Shown one piece after another: positions 1-9,462 of a stretch of 64,000 bases of DNA. The stretch covers positions 128,001 to 192,000 of the forward strand of contig CBDCRI010000001.1 of the NCBI GenBank assembly GCA_965220965.1. Reading direction: 5' to 3'. How positions within the stretch are numbered: the first letter of the stretch is position 1; the number at the start of each line of letters is the position of its first letter. The position numbers were made by a program, and so were the translations under genes. The notes under the pieces are model-generated. The model was not told the origin of the DNA. It did not search any database and saw only the letters and a program-made list of their open reading frames with translations. Origin of the DNA: Candidatus Marinacidobacterium sp. Its GTDB lineage: Bacteria; Acidobacteriota; Vicinamibacteria; Marinacidobacterales; Marinacidobacteraceae.

Positions 1-1
1 G

Positions 2-634
2 CCCCCGGAGGCCCGGCCGGCCACGGCCGGCCTCGACCAAGCGATCAGCGACTGGGTGATGGCCAACCCGGACGTGATCCGCGCCGCCCTCGACCCGAGC
101 CGCCAGGCGTTCGCCAACGCGGAGGCGATGCGCGCGGAGATCCTCTCGTCAGGCGCGCCGACCCTGCACGAGGGCGACCGGGCGGTCACCGTGGTCGCCT
201 TCGGCGACTACCGCTGCGGCTTCACCCGCGACTCCTTCCCGTCGCTCCAGGCGGCGCTTGAGGAGGGGGCCGGCGTGCAGGTCCAGGAGTTCGCCGTGCT
301 GGGCCCGGAGAGCGAGGCGCTCGCCCGGCGGGCGCTCGCCGCCCAGCGCCTGGGGCGCTACGCGGCGGCCCACGAGCTGCTGATGGCCGGCGACGGCGCG
401 GAGCTGGGGGACGCGGCGTTCGCCGCCGCCATCGGGGCCGACCCCGCGGCCTTCGCGGAGGCGCTGGCGTCGCCGGCGGTGGCGCAAGCCTTCGACGGCG
501 CGCGGGCGCTGGCCGGCCGGGTGGGCATCGGCGGCACGCCGGCCTTCCTGGTCTACGGCCCGAACGGGTTCCGCATGTCGCCGGGCCACACCGAGCCCGA
601 GGGCATGCTGGAGATGATCGAGAGCGTGCGCTAG
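2..634 (+). CDS. DsbA/thioredoxin-fold protein (5' end probably outside window)
   Basis: VTVVAFGDYRCGFT active-site region and GIGGTPAF cis-Pro motif; frame is open to the window edge. Confidence 0.8.
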   Translation, partial: PPEARPATAGLDQAISDWVMANPDVIRAALDPSRQAFANAEAMRAEILSSGAPTLHEGDRAVTVVAFGDYRCGFTRDSFPSLQAALEEGAGVQVQEFAVLGPESEALARRALAAQRLGRYAAAHELLMAGDGAELGDAAFAAAIGADPAAFAEALASPAVAQAFDGARALAGRVGIGGTPAFLVYGPNGFRMSPGHTEPEGMLEMIESVR

Positions 635-966
635 CGGCCGGGGCGGGCTTCTGCCGCCGGTGCGTGGCGGGCATGCCGAAGCTCTCGCAGGGCGGCACTC
701 GGAAGTGGCTGAACCGCGTGGCCTGAGCCGCGTCGAAGAGGTCGGCGGTTGCGGACTCGGGTTCGGTGGCGTTCCGTTCACGTTGCTCGCCCTTCAAGCC
801 CCCCGTGCGCCTTTGGATTGGGGCAATCCGGGGAGCTTCGTGGCGTGATGCTGAACCTGCGGTGCGGGAGGCAGCTTTAAGGCGCTGTTTTATATGAGCA
901 AAAGGGAAAAACCCACCCAAAACAAGTAACGGCTTGGAAAAGAGCGCACTGGACCGTTTTCTTATC

Positions 967-2529
967 TCACTTCGGCGGTTTGTCCGGTTCTTCGCCAAGA
1001 TCGGGCGAGAACAGTTCGATACGTTTCACCGTCACGGTGAATAGGACACCGTCGGGGTCTTGATAGGACTTACGAATCGAACAAATCTTCTCCAAAACTC
1101 TTTTGGCAAAAAGTGGTCCTGTCCTCGCCAAGGGGCCTTCTGGTTCGTCTCCCTTCGCAGCTTTTCTGTACCGCCCAATGAGAGGCGTATCCTGTGGTCC
1201 ATTTTGCCCATCAGGGCTTCGCCGATCCCTTTGTAGTTGACCAATGGCTATACTTGCCTCGAATGCGGCCATCTCCTCGTCATGCCTCGCGCGCATGTTC
1301 GACCCAAGAAGTTCCGTGACCCCGTCGATCACCTCGGCATCGGATACTTCGCCACGCACAAACCGGTAGTACAGGTCCCGGTCCAGCGTCCGGAGAATGA
1401 TTAGGACCGCCGTTGTAGTTCCCAAGACGAGCTTGTGGTCCGCCAGAGCCTCGTACACCAGTCCTATGTGATGAATCGCCCGCGCGACCGTCCGCAGACC
1501 GACGACCTTCTCTCCGAAAAAGGCCACCAGCATCGACTGCAGGATGTCGAACTCACTCTGCCTGCGTTCATCGGGCGTCCGTTCCAGGTAGGCCTCGATG
1601 CCGACTTTCTGGATTGTCTTCTCGATGAAATGCTTGCGGTTGGGGTCCGGTAGCCGGAAATCCACGTCTAAGAAGCGGCCCAGGTAGCCTTGCGCATCGA
1701 ACGCCGGCCCGTACAGAGCCTGAACTGAATGGGCGAGCTCCTTCCGGTTAACCGCGACCACGAACACCACGCCGTCCACCGAGAACAGGTGTTTCGCGAC
1801 TTCCAAGAGTTCCACCGCGTAGGAGGGGCGGCACCTGTCGAGTTCGTCGATGGTCACGACCAGCAGCGGTTGCTTCGGCTCTTCCGACACCGCCTGCGCC
1901 ATATGTTGCTTTGGCTCTTTCGACACCGCCTGCGCCATGTCTTGCAGAGCCTCCCTGAACTTTTTCACCGCCTCCCGCGCTTCGCGATATGCTGAAACCC
2001 GCTCATCGGCATGGTAGTCCGCGATGCCATCGATTACCTCCTCCAGCACCTTGCCCACCACCGGAGCTGCTGCCCCGAGCAGCGCTTTCAGCATCGCTGG
2101 CCTTCTCGTCCTCATGACCGCTTTTGCGCACTCAAGCCCCTTTTTGATGCTGTCTTGGGTCTGTTCGTCCAACGCGTCGTCGCGCTTGATGAGGCCGTCG
2201 GTCAGTTCGGTCGCAATCGCCGTGAACGGGTCCGACACGTAGTCGTTTTCCCACGCGTTGAAACTCACCACCGGCACGCCGTCGTTCTCCAGGAACCGTT
2301 CCAGCATCCGGATGAATGTCGTCTTTCCGTTTCCCCATTCCGCATCGACCCCGAACACGCCAGGGCCGTCCACCGAGCGGATCAATCTGGCGAGGATCTC
2401 GACGGACTCCTTGCGCTCCAAGGCGTCGTCTCTGAACGGGTCGCCTTCTTCCGGCACCTTAATGTCGTGAGGCTTGATTCGTATTCTCAACGTCCGCACT
2501 CTTGTCTCCCGGTTCTGCACCAATTTCAT
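967..2529 (-). CDS. KAP family P-loop NTPase
   Basis: Walker A AEWGNGKT, FNAWEND motif, Walker B VVTIDELDRC, YLGRFLDVDFRLP; visibly lower GC than flanks. Confidence 0.9.
   Translation of the reverse strand: MKLVQNRETRVRTLRIRIKPHDIKVPEEGDPFRDDALERKESVEILARLIRSVDGPGVFGVDAEWGNGKTTFIRMLERFLENDGVPVVSFNAWENDYVSDPFTAIATELTDGLIKRDDALDEQTQDSIKKGLECAKAVMRTRRPAMLKALLGAAAPVVGKVLEEVIDGIADYHADERVSAYREAREAVKKFREALQDMAQAVSKEPKQHMAQAVSEEPKQPLLVVTIDELDRCRPSYAVELLEVAKHLFSVDGVVFVVAVNRKELAHSVQALYGPAFDAQGYLGRFLDVDFRLPDPNRKHFIEKTIQKVGIEAYLERTPDERRQSEFDILQSMLVAFFGEKVVGLRTVARAIHHIGLVYEALADHKLVLGTTTAVLIILRTLDRDLYYRFVRGEVSDAEVIDGVTELLGSNMRARHDEEMAAFEASIAIGQLQRDRRSPDGQNGPQDTPLIGRYRKAAKGDEPEGPLARTGPLFAKRVLEKICSIRKSYQDPDGVLFTVTVKRIELFSPDLGEEPDKPPK
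1869..1940. repeat. 36-bp tandem duplication inside the KAP gene
   Basis: Encodes MAQAVSKEPKQH / MAQAVSEEPKQP. Confidence 0.9.
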
Positions 2530-2539
2530 TCAGTGAAAT

Positions 2540-3163
2540 CTAGAATGGGAGATCGTCGTCCACGATGGCGCCGGCCGGGGCGGGGGCGGCGCCGTTCTGG
2601 AGGCCCGCCGCGGGCTGCAGTGCGGGCGCGGGCGCCTGCTCCTGAACCGGCTGCGCCCCGTGCTGGTGGGCGGGCGCGAGCTGCTGGACCGGCTGCGGCT
2701 GCTGCTGGACCGGCTGCGGCCCTTGCTGGACCGGTGCGGGCTGCTGCTGAACCGGTGCGGGCTGCTGCTGGACCGGTGCGGGCTGCTGCTGGACCGGTGC
2801 GGCCTGTTGGGTCGGCACGGCCTGCGGGTGCACGCTGCGCGTGAGGTTGTCGTACTCGTAGACGCGAACGAAGTGCTCGCGCTCCTTTGAGTTGGGGTTT
2901 TGGGCGTCCTTGACCTCGCGCGAGGTCAGCTCGCCGCGCACCGCCACCAGGTCCCCCGGCGCGCTGCGCAGCGCCATCTGCTCGGCTGTTTCCCGGTAGG
3001 CGTAGACGGTGTGCCAGTCGGACTTGGCCCTCAGCTCGCCCTCGACGTAGTAGTTGCGCGTGGTCCTGAGGCGCGCCCGCACGTACTTCGTGCCGGTCTG
3101 CATCTGCTTCAGCTCCATCGGGTCGTTGGCCAAGTGTCCGGTGAGGACCACTACGTTGGTCAT
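2540..3163 (-). CDS. ssb: Single-stranded DNA-binding protein
   Basis: N-terminal OB fold (NVVVLTGHL..DP, DWHTV, VRGEL), Q/P-rich linker, acidic tip DDDLPF. Confidence 0.92.
   Translation of the reverse strand: MTNVVVLTGHLANDPMELKQMQTGTKYVRARLRTTRNYYVEGELRAKSDWHTVYAYRETAEQMALRSAPGDLVAVRGELTSREVKDAQNPNSKEREHFVRVYEYDNLTRSVHPQAVPTQQAAPVQQQPAPVQQQPAPVQQQPAPVQQGPQPVQQQPQPVQQLAPAHQHGAQPVQEQAPAPALQPAAGLQNGAAPAPAGAIVDDDLPF
2681..2803. repeat. 21-bp tandem repeat in the SSB linker (PVQQQPA-type unit, about 6 copies)
   Basis: Repeating ctgctgctggaccggtgcggg-like unit. Confidence 0.85.
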
Positions 3164-3201
3164 GGGAGGCTCCTGTCGTAATCCTTTATTGCTGCGGGCC
3201 A

Positions 3202-3214
3202 GATTATAGGAAGC
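3202..3214 (-). promoter_or_regulatory. Putative -10 element of ssb (GCTTCCTATAATC)
   Basis: TATAAT upstream of ssb; 13/13 identical to the motif at 41609-41621. Confidence 0.6.
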
Positions 3215-3235
3215 GGGGCGGCTTTGGCCCCGCCG

Positions 3236-4441
3236 TCACAGCCCGAAGCGCGGACCGGTCGACCGCAGCGGTCCGGCGGGCGGATCGTCCGGGGCGTCAG
3301 GCCCGGCGTCAGGCTCGGGGTCGTGGCCAGGGTCCTGGTCCGGGGCGTCGCCCTCCACCAGCTCCAGGCGCCGGCGGGCCTCGTAGCTGTTCAAGGCCCC
3401 CGCGAAGAAGTCCGAGACCGAGGCCGCAGCCTCCTCCGCGGACAGCCCGTCGAGCTGGTGCGCCCCGACGGAGGCGTGCCCCAGGCCCTGCTCCAGCAGC
3501 AGCAGGCCGTGCGTCGCGTCCTCCGCGAGCAGCGGCGACGCCCAGTCGCGCACGCGCGCCTCGAAGGCCTCAAGCATCCCCCTGAAGCCCTCCGTGGCGG
3601 CGTCGAGCCGGGCGAGGGCCGCCCGCGGCAGGGCGGCGGCCGCGACGCGCCCGCGCAGTCCGGCGAACCAGGCGCGGGAGGCCTCCGCCAGGTCGCCGCC
3701 CTGGGCCAGGGCCTCCAAATGCCCGGAGCACATGTGGAGCATCATGCGCACGTGGTGCGCCGCGCCCTCCAGCCGGGCCTCCTCGATGACCCGCTCATGG
3801 CCGTCCATCGGCGCCTCCGGCGCGTTCGGCCGGTCGGACGCCCGCAACGCGTTCTGGGCGCCGGCGGCGAACGCCTCCGGCCCGACGTCCTCGGACGCCG
3901 CGTAGCCGGCGGCGGCGAAGGCGTCGGCGACCGCCTCGCGGGCGCAGGCGAAGCTCGCCTGGTCGAGGGCCTGGCGGAACTGCGGCATGGCGAACAGCCG
4001 CCCGGCTGCCTCGCGGTCGGGACTGTCGATGGCCATCTGGCACTCGCGCCAGGCGCGGCCCATGGCGGTGCGCACCCCCAGCCGGCGGCTTCGGTCGAAG
4101 GACTCCATGGCCGCCTCGAGGCTGGGCATCGACGACGCCCACGCGGCGCGGCCGCCGGCCAGCGGCGGATCCTCGCCGTCAAGGTGCGCGAAGCCCCCCC
4201 CGGCGGCCATCCGCTCCGCCCGCAGGCAGATCTCGGCGGCCCCGCCGGCCACCAATGACAGCACGGCGCCGCACAGCGCAGCCCGCTCGCCGTCATCGGA
4301 TTCCAGCCCCGACCGCAGCCGCTCCAGCAGGGCGGCGCCGGCGTCCTGCGCATCGCCTGCCGCAACGTCGGCCTCGCCGCCGGCCTGGTGGGCCTCGCCG
4401 TAGCGCAGGAGCGCCTGCACTTGAGCCGAATTGAGTCTCAC
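3236..4441 (-). CDS. Hypothetical protein
   Basis: GTG start after AGGAGG; long protein-like ORF with acidic, Pro-rich tail. Confidence 0.7.
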   Translation of the reverse strand: MRLNSAQVQALLRYGEAHQAGGEADVAAGDAQDAGAALLERLRSGLESDDGERAALCGAVLSLVAGGAAEICLRAERMAAGGGFAHLDGEDPPLAGGRAAWASSMPSLEAAMESFDRSRRLGVRTAMGRAWRECQMAIDSPDREAAGRLFAMPQFRQALDQASFACAREAVADAFAAAGYAASEDVGPEAFAAGAQNALRASDRPNAPEAPMDGHERVIEEARLEGAAHHVRMMLHMCSGHLEALAQGGDLAEASRAWFAGLRGRVAAAALPRAALARLDAATEGFRGMLEAFEARVRDWASPLLAEDATHGLLLLEQGLGHASVGAHQLDGLSAEEAAASVSDFFAGALNSYEARRRLELVEGDAPDQDPGHDPEPDAGPDAPDDPPAGPLRSTGPRFGL

Positions 4442-4550
4442 GATCGCGCCCTCCTGTGGCTGGGGCGCCTCGTCCGCCCCGTTCGCTCCATTGTAGCTTC
4501 CGCCCGGCCGTTGGCCCCCGAAAAGGCCAAAAAAAAGACGCCCCGCGCCC

Positions 4551-5456
4551 TCAGTCCCCGCGCCCGCCGCCAGGCTCCCGTCCCGCCTGCGCGGCCGCCA
4601 GCAGCCGGACGGCCAGGCCCGCCTCCCGGGCCAGCGCCGACTCGAGCCGGTCGATCCGCCGTTCCAGCCTGGCCGCCCGCAGCTCGGCCCGCAGCCCGAA
4701 CAGCTGCTGGCCGCTGACCGCGCCGGCCGCAAGGTCCGCCTGCAGCGCCCGCTGCCGCGCCCGGTGCGAGGCCCCGGCCCCGGCGATCCGGTCGAGGTAG
4801 CGCAGCTTCGCGACCCGCGCCAGCATGGCGCGCGCCGACTGCGTCCGGGCCGCCTCCGTCAGGCCTTGGGCGGCCGCCAGCCCCCGGCCGCCGGGCACCG
4901 GCGAGGACGGCGCCAGCGCCTCGATGGCCATCGCCGACAGCGCCAGCGCCGCGTTCGGGGGCGCCTCGCCCGCGGCGCCGCCGAGCAGCGGCAGCCCGGC
5001 CGCCTCGGCGCGGAAGCCGGCGATCGCGTCGCGGGGCGCGGCCGGGCCGCCGCCGGTCCAGGCCCGCGCCGGGGCGACGCTGCCCGCCGACGCCGCCTCC
5101 CGGTAGGCGGCCCGCACTTGGCCGGCCGCCTGCGCCCGGGCGATGCGCGCGCAGGCGTCGCGGGGCGCCGCCGCCTCCGCCCGCTCCAGGTTGCGCCGGC
5201 TGAGCTGGCGCCGCTCCGCGTCCGCCGCGTTGCCCAGGCGCATGAGCCCGTCGGTGCGCACCGCGGCGTCCGTGCGGCGGTCCTCGGCCAGCGCCCGCGC
5301 CTCTCCGAGCGCGGCGGAGCGCCGCCAGTCGCTGAGCGCCTCCTCCAGCTGGGCGAGCTGCCCGGCGATGTGCCCGACGTCCGCGACCGGCCCGCCGAAA
5401 AAGGCCAGCGCCTGGCCCGAGGCCAGCATCAGCGCCGCCAGGGCGACCCACCTCAC
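4551..5456 (-). CDS. Secreted protein, possibly TraW/VirB5-like conjugation component
   Basis: Signal peptide (RWVALAALMLASGQALA); GTGA overlap with the upstream gene; helical C-terminus loosely like IncI TraW. Confidence 0.5.
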   Translation of the reverse strand: MRWVALAALMLASGQALAFFGGPVADVGHIAGQLAQLEEALSDWRRSAALGEARALAEDRRTDAAVRTDGLMRLGNAADAERRQLSRRNLERAEAAAPRDACARIARAQAAGQVRAAYREAASAGSVAPARAWTGGGPAAPRDAIAGFRAEAAGLPLLGGAAGEAPPNAALALSAMAIEALAPSSPVPGGRGLAAAQGLTEAARTQSARAMLARVAKLRYLDRIAGAGASHRARQRALQADLAAGAVSGQQLFGLRAELRAARLERRIDRLESALAREAGLAVRLLAAAQAGREPGGGRGD

Positions 5457-6655
5457 CGCAGGCTCCCGTCCGGCGACAGCGCCAGCCGGACCAGGCCCTC
5501 CATGCGCTGGGCGCGCTCCCACGCCCGCGCCCGGACCGCGTCCGGCTCGATGGCGCAGTCGGCGGCGCCGGCGCAGGCCTCCCGCAGGGCCTCGAGGGCC
5601 GGCTGCAGGGCCGGCAGGCGGCGCCCCTCGGCGACCGCCTGCCGCACGCCCTCCGCCATGGACAGGGTCCAGGCGTCGGCCAGGGCGCGGTCGAGCCGCC
5701 GGCGCAGCGCCCGGCCCAGCCCGCGCAGGGGCTCCCAGGCGCCCGGCGCGGCCAGCCCGTCGGGCAGCGAATCCATCACGCAGTCCTCCACCCGGTCGAG
5801 CACCGCCTGCCGGCTCGGGTCGGAGCGCTCGCCGTAGCCGCCCGGCGCGCTGTCGAGGGCGCTGCGCAGGCGCGGGAACTCGGCCAGCCCCGGGTTGGCG
5901 GCGTCGCCCGGCGGCGGCGGGTCGTCGCCCGCCGGCCCCACGCCGGCGCCGGCCGACTCGAATCCCATGTCGAAGGCGGCGTCGAGCACGGCCTGCCCGC
6001 AGGCCCTGAGCATGACCGCAAGCTCCGCCTGGGCGCCGGCCGCCTCGGCCACGTCGCGCATCCCCAGCGCCTCCATGGCCATCGCCGACGACGACGACAG
6101 CAGCCACTGCTCGGGCGGGCCCAGCCCCTCGGGCCAGCCCGGGGCGTGGCGCTCGCACAGGGCCGCGAAGCGCATGGCGTCGGGCAGGCAGGACAGGCGG
6201 ATCTCGGTCAGCGCGCGCGCCCGGTCGCCGTCGCCGGACAGCCCCCGGGGCAGGCACTCAACCGCGAAGGAGAGCCAGTCGCGCAACACGGGGGCGAGCG
6301 CCTGGGCGCGCGCCTCGTCGAGCTCCTCGTCCCTGGCGAGGCCGGCCAGGGCCACCGACAGCGCCAGGTCCGAGCGGGCGCGGCGCTCGCCGTCCCCCTC
6401 CCCAAGGTCCGGGAACAGGCCGCGTCCGAGCACCTCGCGCAGCCGGTGCAGGCCGAGGATGCGGCGCCGCGCGGCGGCGCCGTCGAGGCTTGCGCCGGAG
6501 ACGATCGGCAGCGTCTGGGCGAGCGCGTCGAGCCAGCGGATGCGCTTGCGCGCCGCGGTCAGCGCGAAGTCTCGCCCGCGGCGGCCCTGCCGCCGCAGCA
6601 GCTCCCGCTGGCGGGCGTGGCGCCGGTCGGCGAAGGCGGGCGGCGCCTCGCTCAC
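5453..6655 (-). CDS. Hypothetical protein
   Basis: GTGA overlaps at both ends within an operon. Confidence 0.7.
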   Translation of the reverse strand: MSEAPPAFADRRHARQRELLRRQGRRGRDFALTAARKRIRWLDALAQTLPIVSGASLDGAAARRRILGLHRLREVLGRGLFPDLGEGDGERRARSDLALSVALAGLARDEELDEARAQALAPVLRDWLSFAVECLPRGLSGDGDRARALTEIRLSCLPDAMRFAALCERHAPGWPEGLGPPEQWLLSSSSAMAMEALGMRDVAEAAGAQAELAVMLRACGQAVLDAAFDMGFESAGAGVGPAGDDPPPPGDAANPGLAEFPRLRSALDSAPGGYGERSDPSRQAVLDRVEDCVMDSLPDGLAAPGAWEPLRGLGRALRRRLDRALADAWTLSMAEGVRQAVAEGRRLPALQPALEALREACAGAADCAIEPDAVRARAWERAQRMEGLVRLALSPDGSLR

Positions 6656-7104
6656 GGCGCCCCCAGCGGCACGCCCGACAGGCGCAGCAGCGGCAGGCCG
6701 CAGTCCATCGGCCACGGGCGCGCCCGCAGGCCCTCCGGAGCGGAGCGGACCGCCAGCAGCAGCCCGGTGCGCACCGCATCGTCGACGGCCTCCCACCCGG
6801 ACACCCGCGGCAGCCGCTCGTTGGCCAGGCGGAGCTGGACGGCCGTGTGGCCGTCGCCGTCCGGCCCGCCAAGGTGCAGGCGGGCGAAGCCGGGCGGCGT
6901 CGGCCGGTAGGCGACCCCCGCCAGCAGGCGGCCGCCGTGGCGGGCGACGGCCGCCGCCTCCGCCGCGTAGGCGGCGTGGGCGGCGAACGGATGGGCCGGC
7001 CTCAGCGACTGGGCCAGGTCGCCGCCGGCGTCGAAGCGGGCGTCGTGCACGCCGATGCGGCGGGCGAAGGCCAGCAGGGCCGCCACCAGGTCCTCGTAGC
7101 TCAT
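6652..7104 (-). CDS. Hypothetical protein
   Basis: ATG just downstream of a TAGAAT -10-like element; first gene of a coupled operon. Confidence 0.6.
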   Translation of the reverse strand: MSYEDLVAALLAFARRIGVHDARFDAGGDLAQSLRPAHPFAAHAAYAAEAAAVARHGGRLLAGVAYRPTPPGFARLHLGGPDGDGHTAVQLRLANERLPRVSGWEAVDDAVRTGLLLAVRSAPEGLRARPWPMDCGLPLLRLSGVPLGAP

Positions 7105-7285
7105 GGCCGGGATTCTAGCAGCACTCGGGAACGCCGCCACGGGGTGGGGGATGCGTCCATTGGGGGAGGGGCGCCCGCGCCGCGGGCCGCGCGTCGCCCA
7201 GGCGGGTCGGCGCGTTCCGCTGCGCCGGCCAGCCGTCCCGTCGGCCGTCTTCCCGCACCCCTTCGGGAGGCCCCCCGCGTCGGCG

Positions 7286-8026
7286 TCACGGTCCCCTGCG
7301 GCAGGAGAGCGCGACGCGCAGGAAGCACGGCCCGGAGGCGTGCACGGACGCCTCCGCCGGCCCCTCCTGCGCCTCGCGGAGGCGCGCGGCCGGCTCCGAG
7401 AGCACGTCGTCCCAGCTCAGCGGCGACTCGTCGGAGGCCACCGCCCGCGCCATCGCCGTGCTGGCCAGGGCCACCAGCGCGGACTTGGGCACCGTCTCGC
7501 GCCCCAGGCAGGCCCGCGCCAGGCCGCGGCCGGAGGCCGACAGCGAGGCCCAGCCGCCGGGGCGGTCGGCAAGCATGGCGCAGCGCTCCAGGGCGGGCTC
7601 CGCGAGGCTCAGCGCGCCGGCCACGCCCTGGCCGGACGCCAGCAGGCCCCGGAAGCCGCGGCGCGTCTTGCTGAGCAGGGCGCGCAGCTTGTCGTCCTGC
7701 CAGACGCGCACCACCCCAGGGGCGGACTCGTTGGCGATCGCCAGGGCGGCCTCGCCGAACACGGAGGCCTCGAAGCCCTCCCGCTCCACCTTCAGGCACG
7801 CCCCGGCGCAGGGGCCGGCCGCCAGTCCCGGCGCGGCCATGGCCGCGTCGAGCCACTCCCACAGCGACCCCGGCCGGGCGCGCGCGGCCTGGCCGAGCGC
7901 GCCCCCCAGCGCCTTGGCGCCGACGCCCTCCACCAGCCACAGGCAGGCCCCGGAGACGCCGATCGACTGGTCGGCGGCGGGCGCCGCGTGGGCGAGCACC
8001 GCCACGTCCATGCCCACGGCGCTCAT
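7286..8026 (-). CDS. Hypothetical protein
   Basis: ATGA overlap with the topoisomerase stop codon. Confidence 0.6.
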   Translation of the reverse strand: MSAVGMDVAVLAHAAPAADQSIGVSGACLWLVEGVGAKALGGALGQAARARPGSLWEWLDAAMAAPGLAAGPCAGACLKVEREGFEASVFGEAALAIANESAPGVVRVWQDDKLRALLSKTRRGFRGLLASGQGVAGALSLAEPALERCAMLADRPGGWASLSASGRGLARACLGRETVPKSALVALASTAMARAVASDESPLSWDDVLSEPAARLREAQEGPAEASVHASGPCFLRVALSCRRGP

Positions 8027-9456
8027 CGCAGCGGCACGTCCGCCCAGACCGGGGCGGCCGGCGCCGCGCCGGGGGCCGCCGCCGGGGGGCGGGCGCCGGC
8101 CAGGCGCACGCTGGCCGCGACCCGGTCAAGGACGCTCGCCGAGGGGTCCGCCTGCAGCGCGGCGAGCCGCTCCCCGCAGCCCGGCTCCAGCAGGCCGGGC
8201 GCCTCGGCCTGCGCCCGCCGCAGCGAGGCCCAGCCGTCGGCGTTGAGGCGCCCCGCCCGGTCGACGAGCGGGCGCGCCCGCCGCACCAGCCCGGCGATGC
8301 CGGACGGCGTCGCCAACGGCATCAGCCGCCGCCAGAGGGCGTCGCCCAGCGCCGCGGCCGCGGCCGGGGGGCGGGCCGACTGCCGCCAGCTCGCGAACGG
8401 GGAGCGCCGCCGCGGCCGGCGCCGCTGCAGCCACTCGCCCGCCGCGCGGACCTCCGACCCCTCGGAGCGCTCCAGCCAGTAGTCGCACAGCTGCGAGACC
8501 AGATGCGCTTGCGAGGCCCGGCCCGGGTCGAGCAGCGGCACCCAGGCGCCGTGGGGCGCGTCGCCGGCGCCGGCCGCGGCGGGCGGCGACGGCGCCCGGA
8601 ACAGGCCCTCGAAGCGCCGGTCGAGCGCCGCCCGCTGCCAAGGCGCCAAGCCGCCGGAGCCGGTGCGGTGGTAGGAGGACTCGCCGCGCATGTAGGCGTC
8701 CTGCGCCTCGCGCCACACGGCCGCCACGCCGCCGCCGCGGGCCAGGCCGAAGGCCAGCGCCATCGCCGGGCCGTCCAGGGCCTCGACCGGCGCCGGCCGC
8801 CAGGGCGCATCGGCCAGCGCCGCCCGCGCCCCGCTGGCGCCCGCGGCGCCCCCGTTGGCCGCGCCGTCGCGCCCGAAGCCCGCGGCGCAGCGGCGCGCCA
8901 GGCCGTCCGGGCCGACCGCGAGCTCCACGGCCTCCGGCGCCAGCGGGGCGTCGGCCAGCGAGGCCAAGGCGCGGGTGACGGCGGGCCCCACGTGCAGGCG
9001 GACGTCCCTGCCGACCGCGTAGCCGATGGCCCGGTTGGCGAGCCGCTGGGCGAGCTGCCGGGCGACCGCCTCGGCGTCGCAGGCGCCGCGGCGGCCCTCC
9101 CAGTCGGCCGGGGTGAGGGCCATGGCCCACGTGCGCAGCCTGGCGAACCGCCCGGGGGCCAGCGCCTGCACCTGGCTGGCGATCCACTCGCCGGCGTCGT
9201 CGCCGTCGGTCCAGGCGACCACCTCGCGGCCCTCGGCCGCGGCCGCGCGGATGCGCTCGCGGGCGTCGGGGCTGCGGCAGGCCCAAGCGGTGGGCGCGCC
9301 GTCGCCGTCCAGCGCGTACTCGCCCTCCGGGAGGTCGTAGAGCACGCCGCGGGTGGCGAACAGGTCGGCGTCGGTGCGGATGGCGCGGAAGGCGGCCCTG
9401 GCGGCCGCCAGCTTGCCCGGCGCCTCGATGACCACCAAAGGGGAGGGCCGGCGCAA
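8023..9456 (-). CDS. Reduced type IA DNA topoisomerase-like protein
   Basis: Toprim motifs VVIEAPGK and TDGDDAGEWI; catalytic-Tyr-like SSYHRT; PHGA motif. Confidence 0.8.
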   Translation of the reverse strand: MRRPSPLVVIEAPGKLAAARAAFRAIRTDADLFATRGVLYDLPEGEYALDGDGAPTAWACRSPDARERIRAAAAEGREVVAWTDGDDAGEWIASQVQALAPGRFARLRTWAMALTPADWEGRRGACDAEAVARQLAQRLANRAIGYAVGRDVRLHVGPAVTRALASLADAPLAPEAVELAVGPDGLARRCAAGFGRDGAANGGAAGASGARAALADAPWRPAPVEALDGPAMALAFGLARGGGVAAVWREAQDAYMRGESSYHRTGSGGLAPWQRAALDRRFEGLFRAPSPPAAAGAGDAPHGAWVPLLDPGRASQAHLVSQLCDYWLERSEGSEVRAAGEWLQRRRPRRRSPFASWRQSARPPAAAAALGDALWRRLMPLATPSGIAGLVRRARPLVDRAGRLNADGWASLRRAQAEAPGLLEPGCGERLAALQADPSASVLDRVAASVRLAGARPPAAAPGAAPAAPVWADVPLR

Positions 9457-9462
9457 GGCGGG

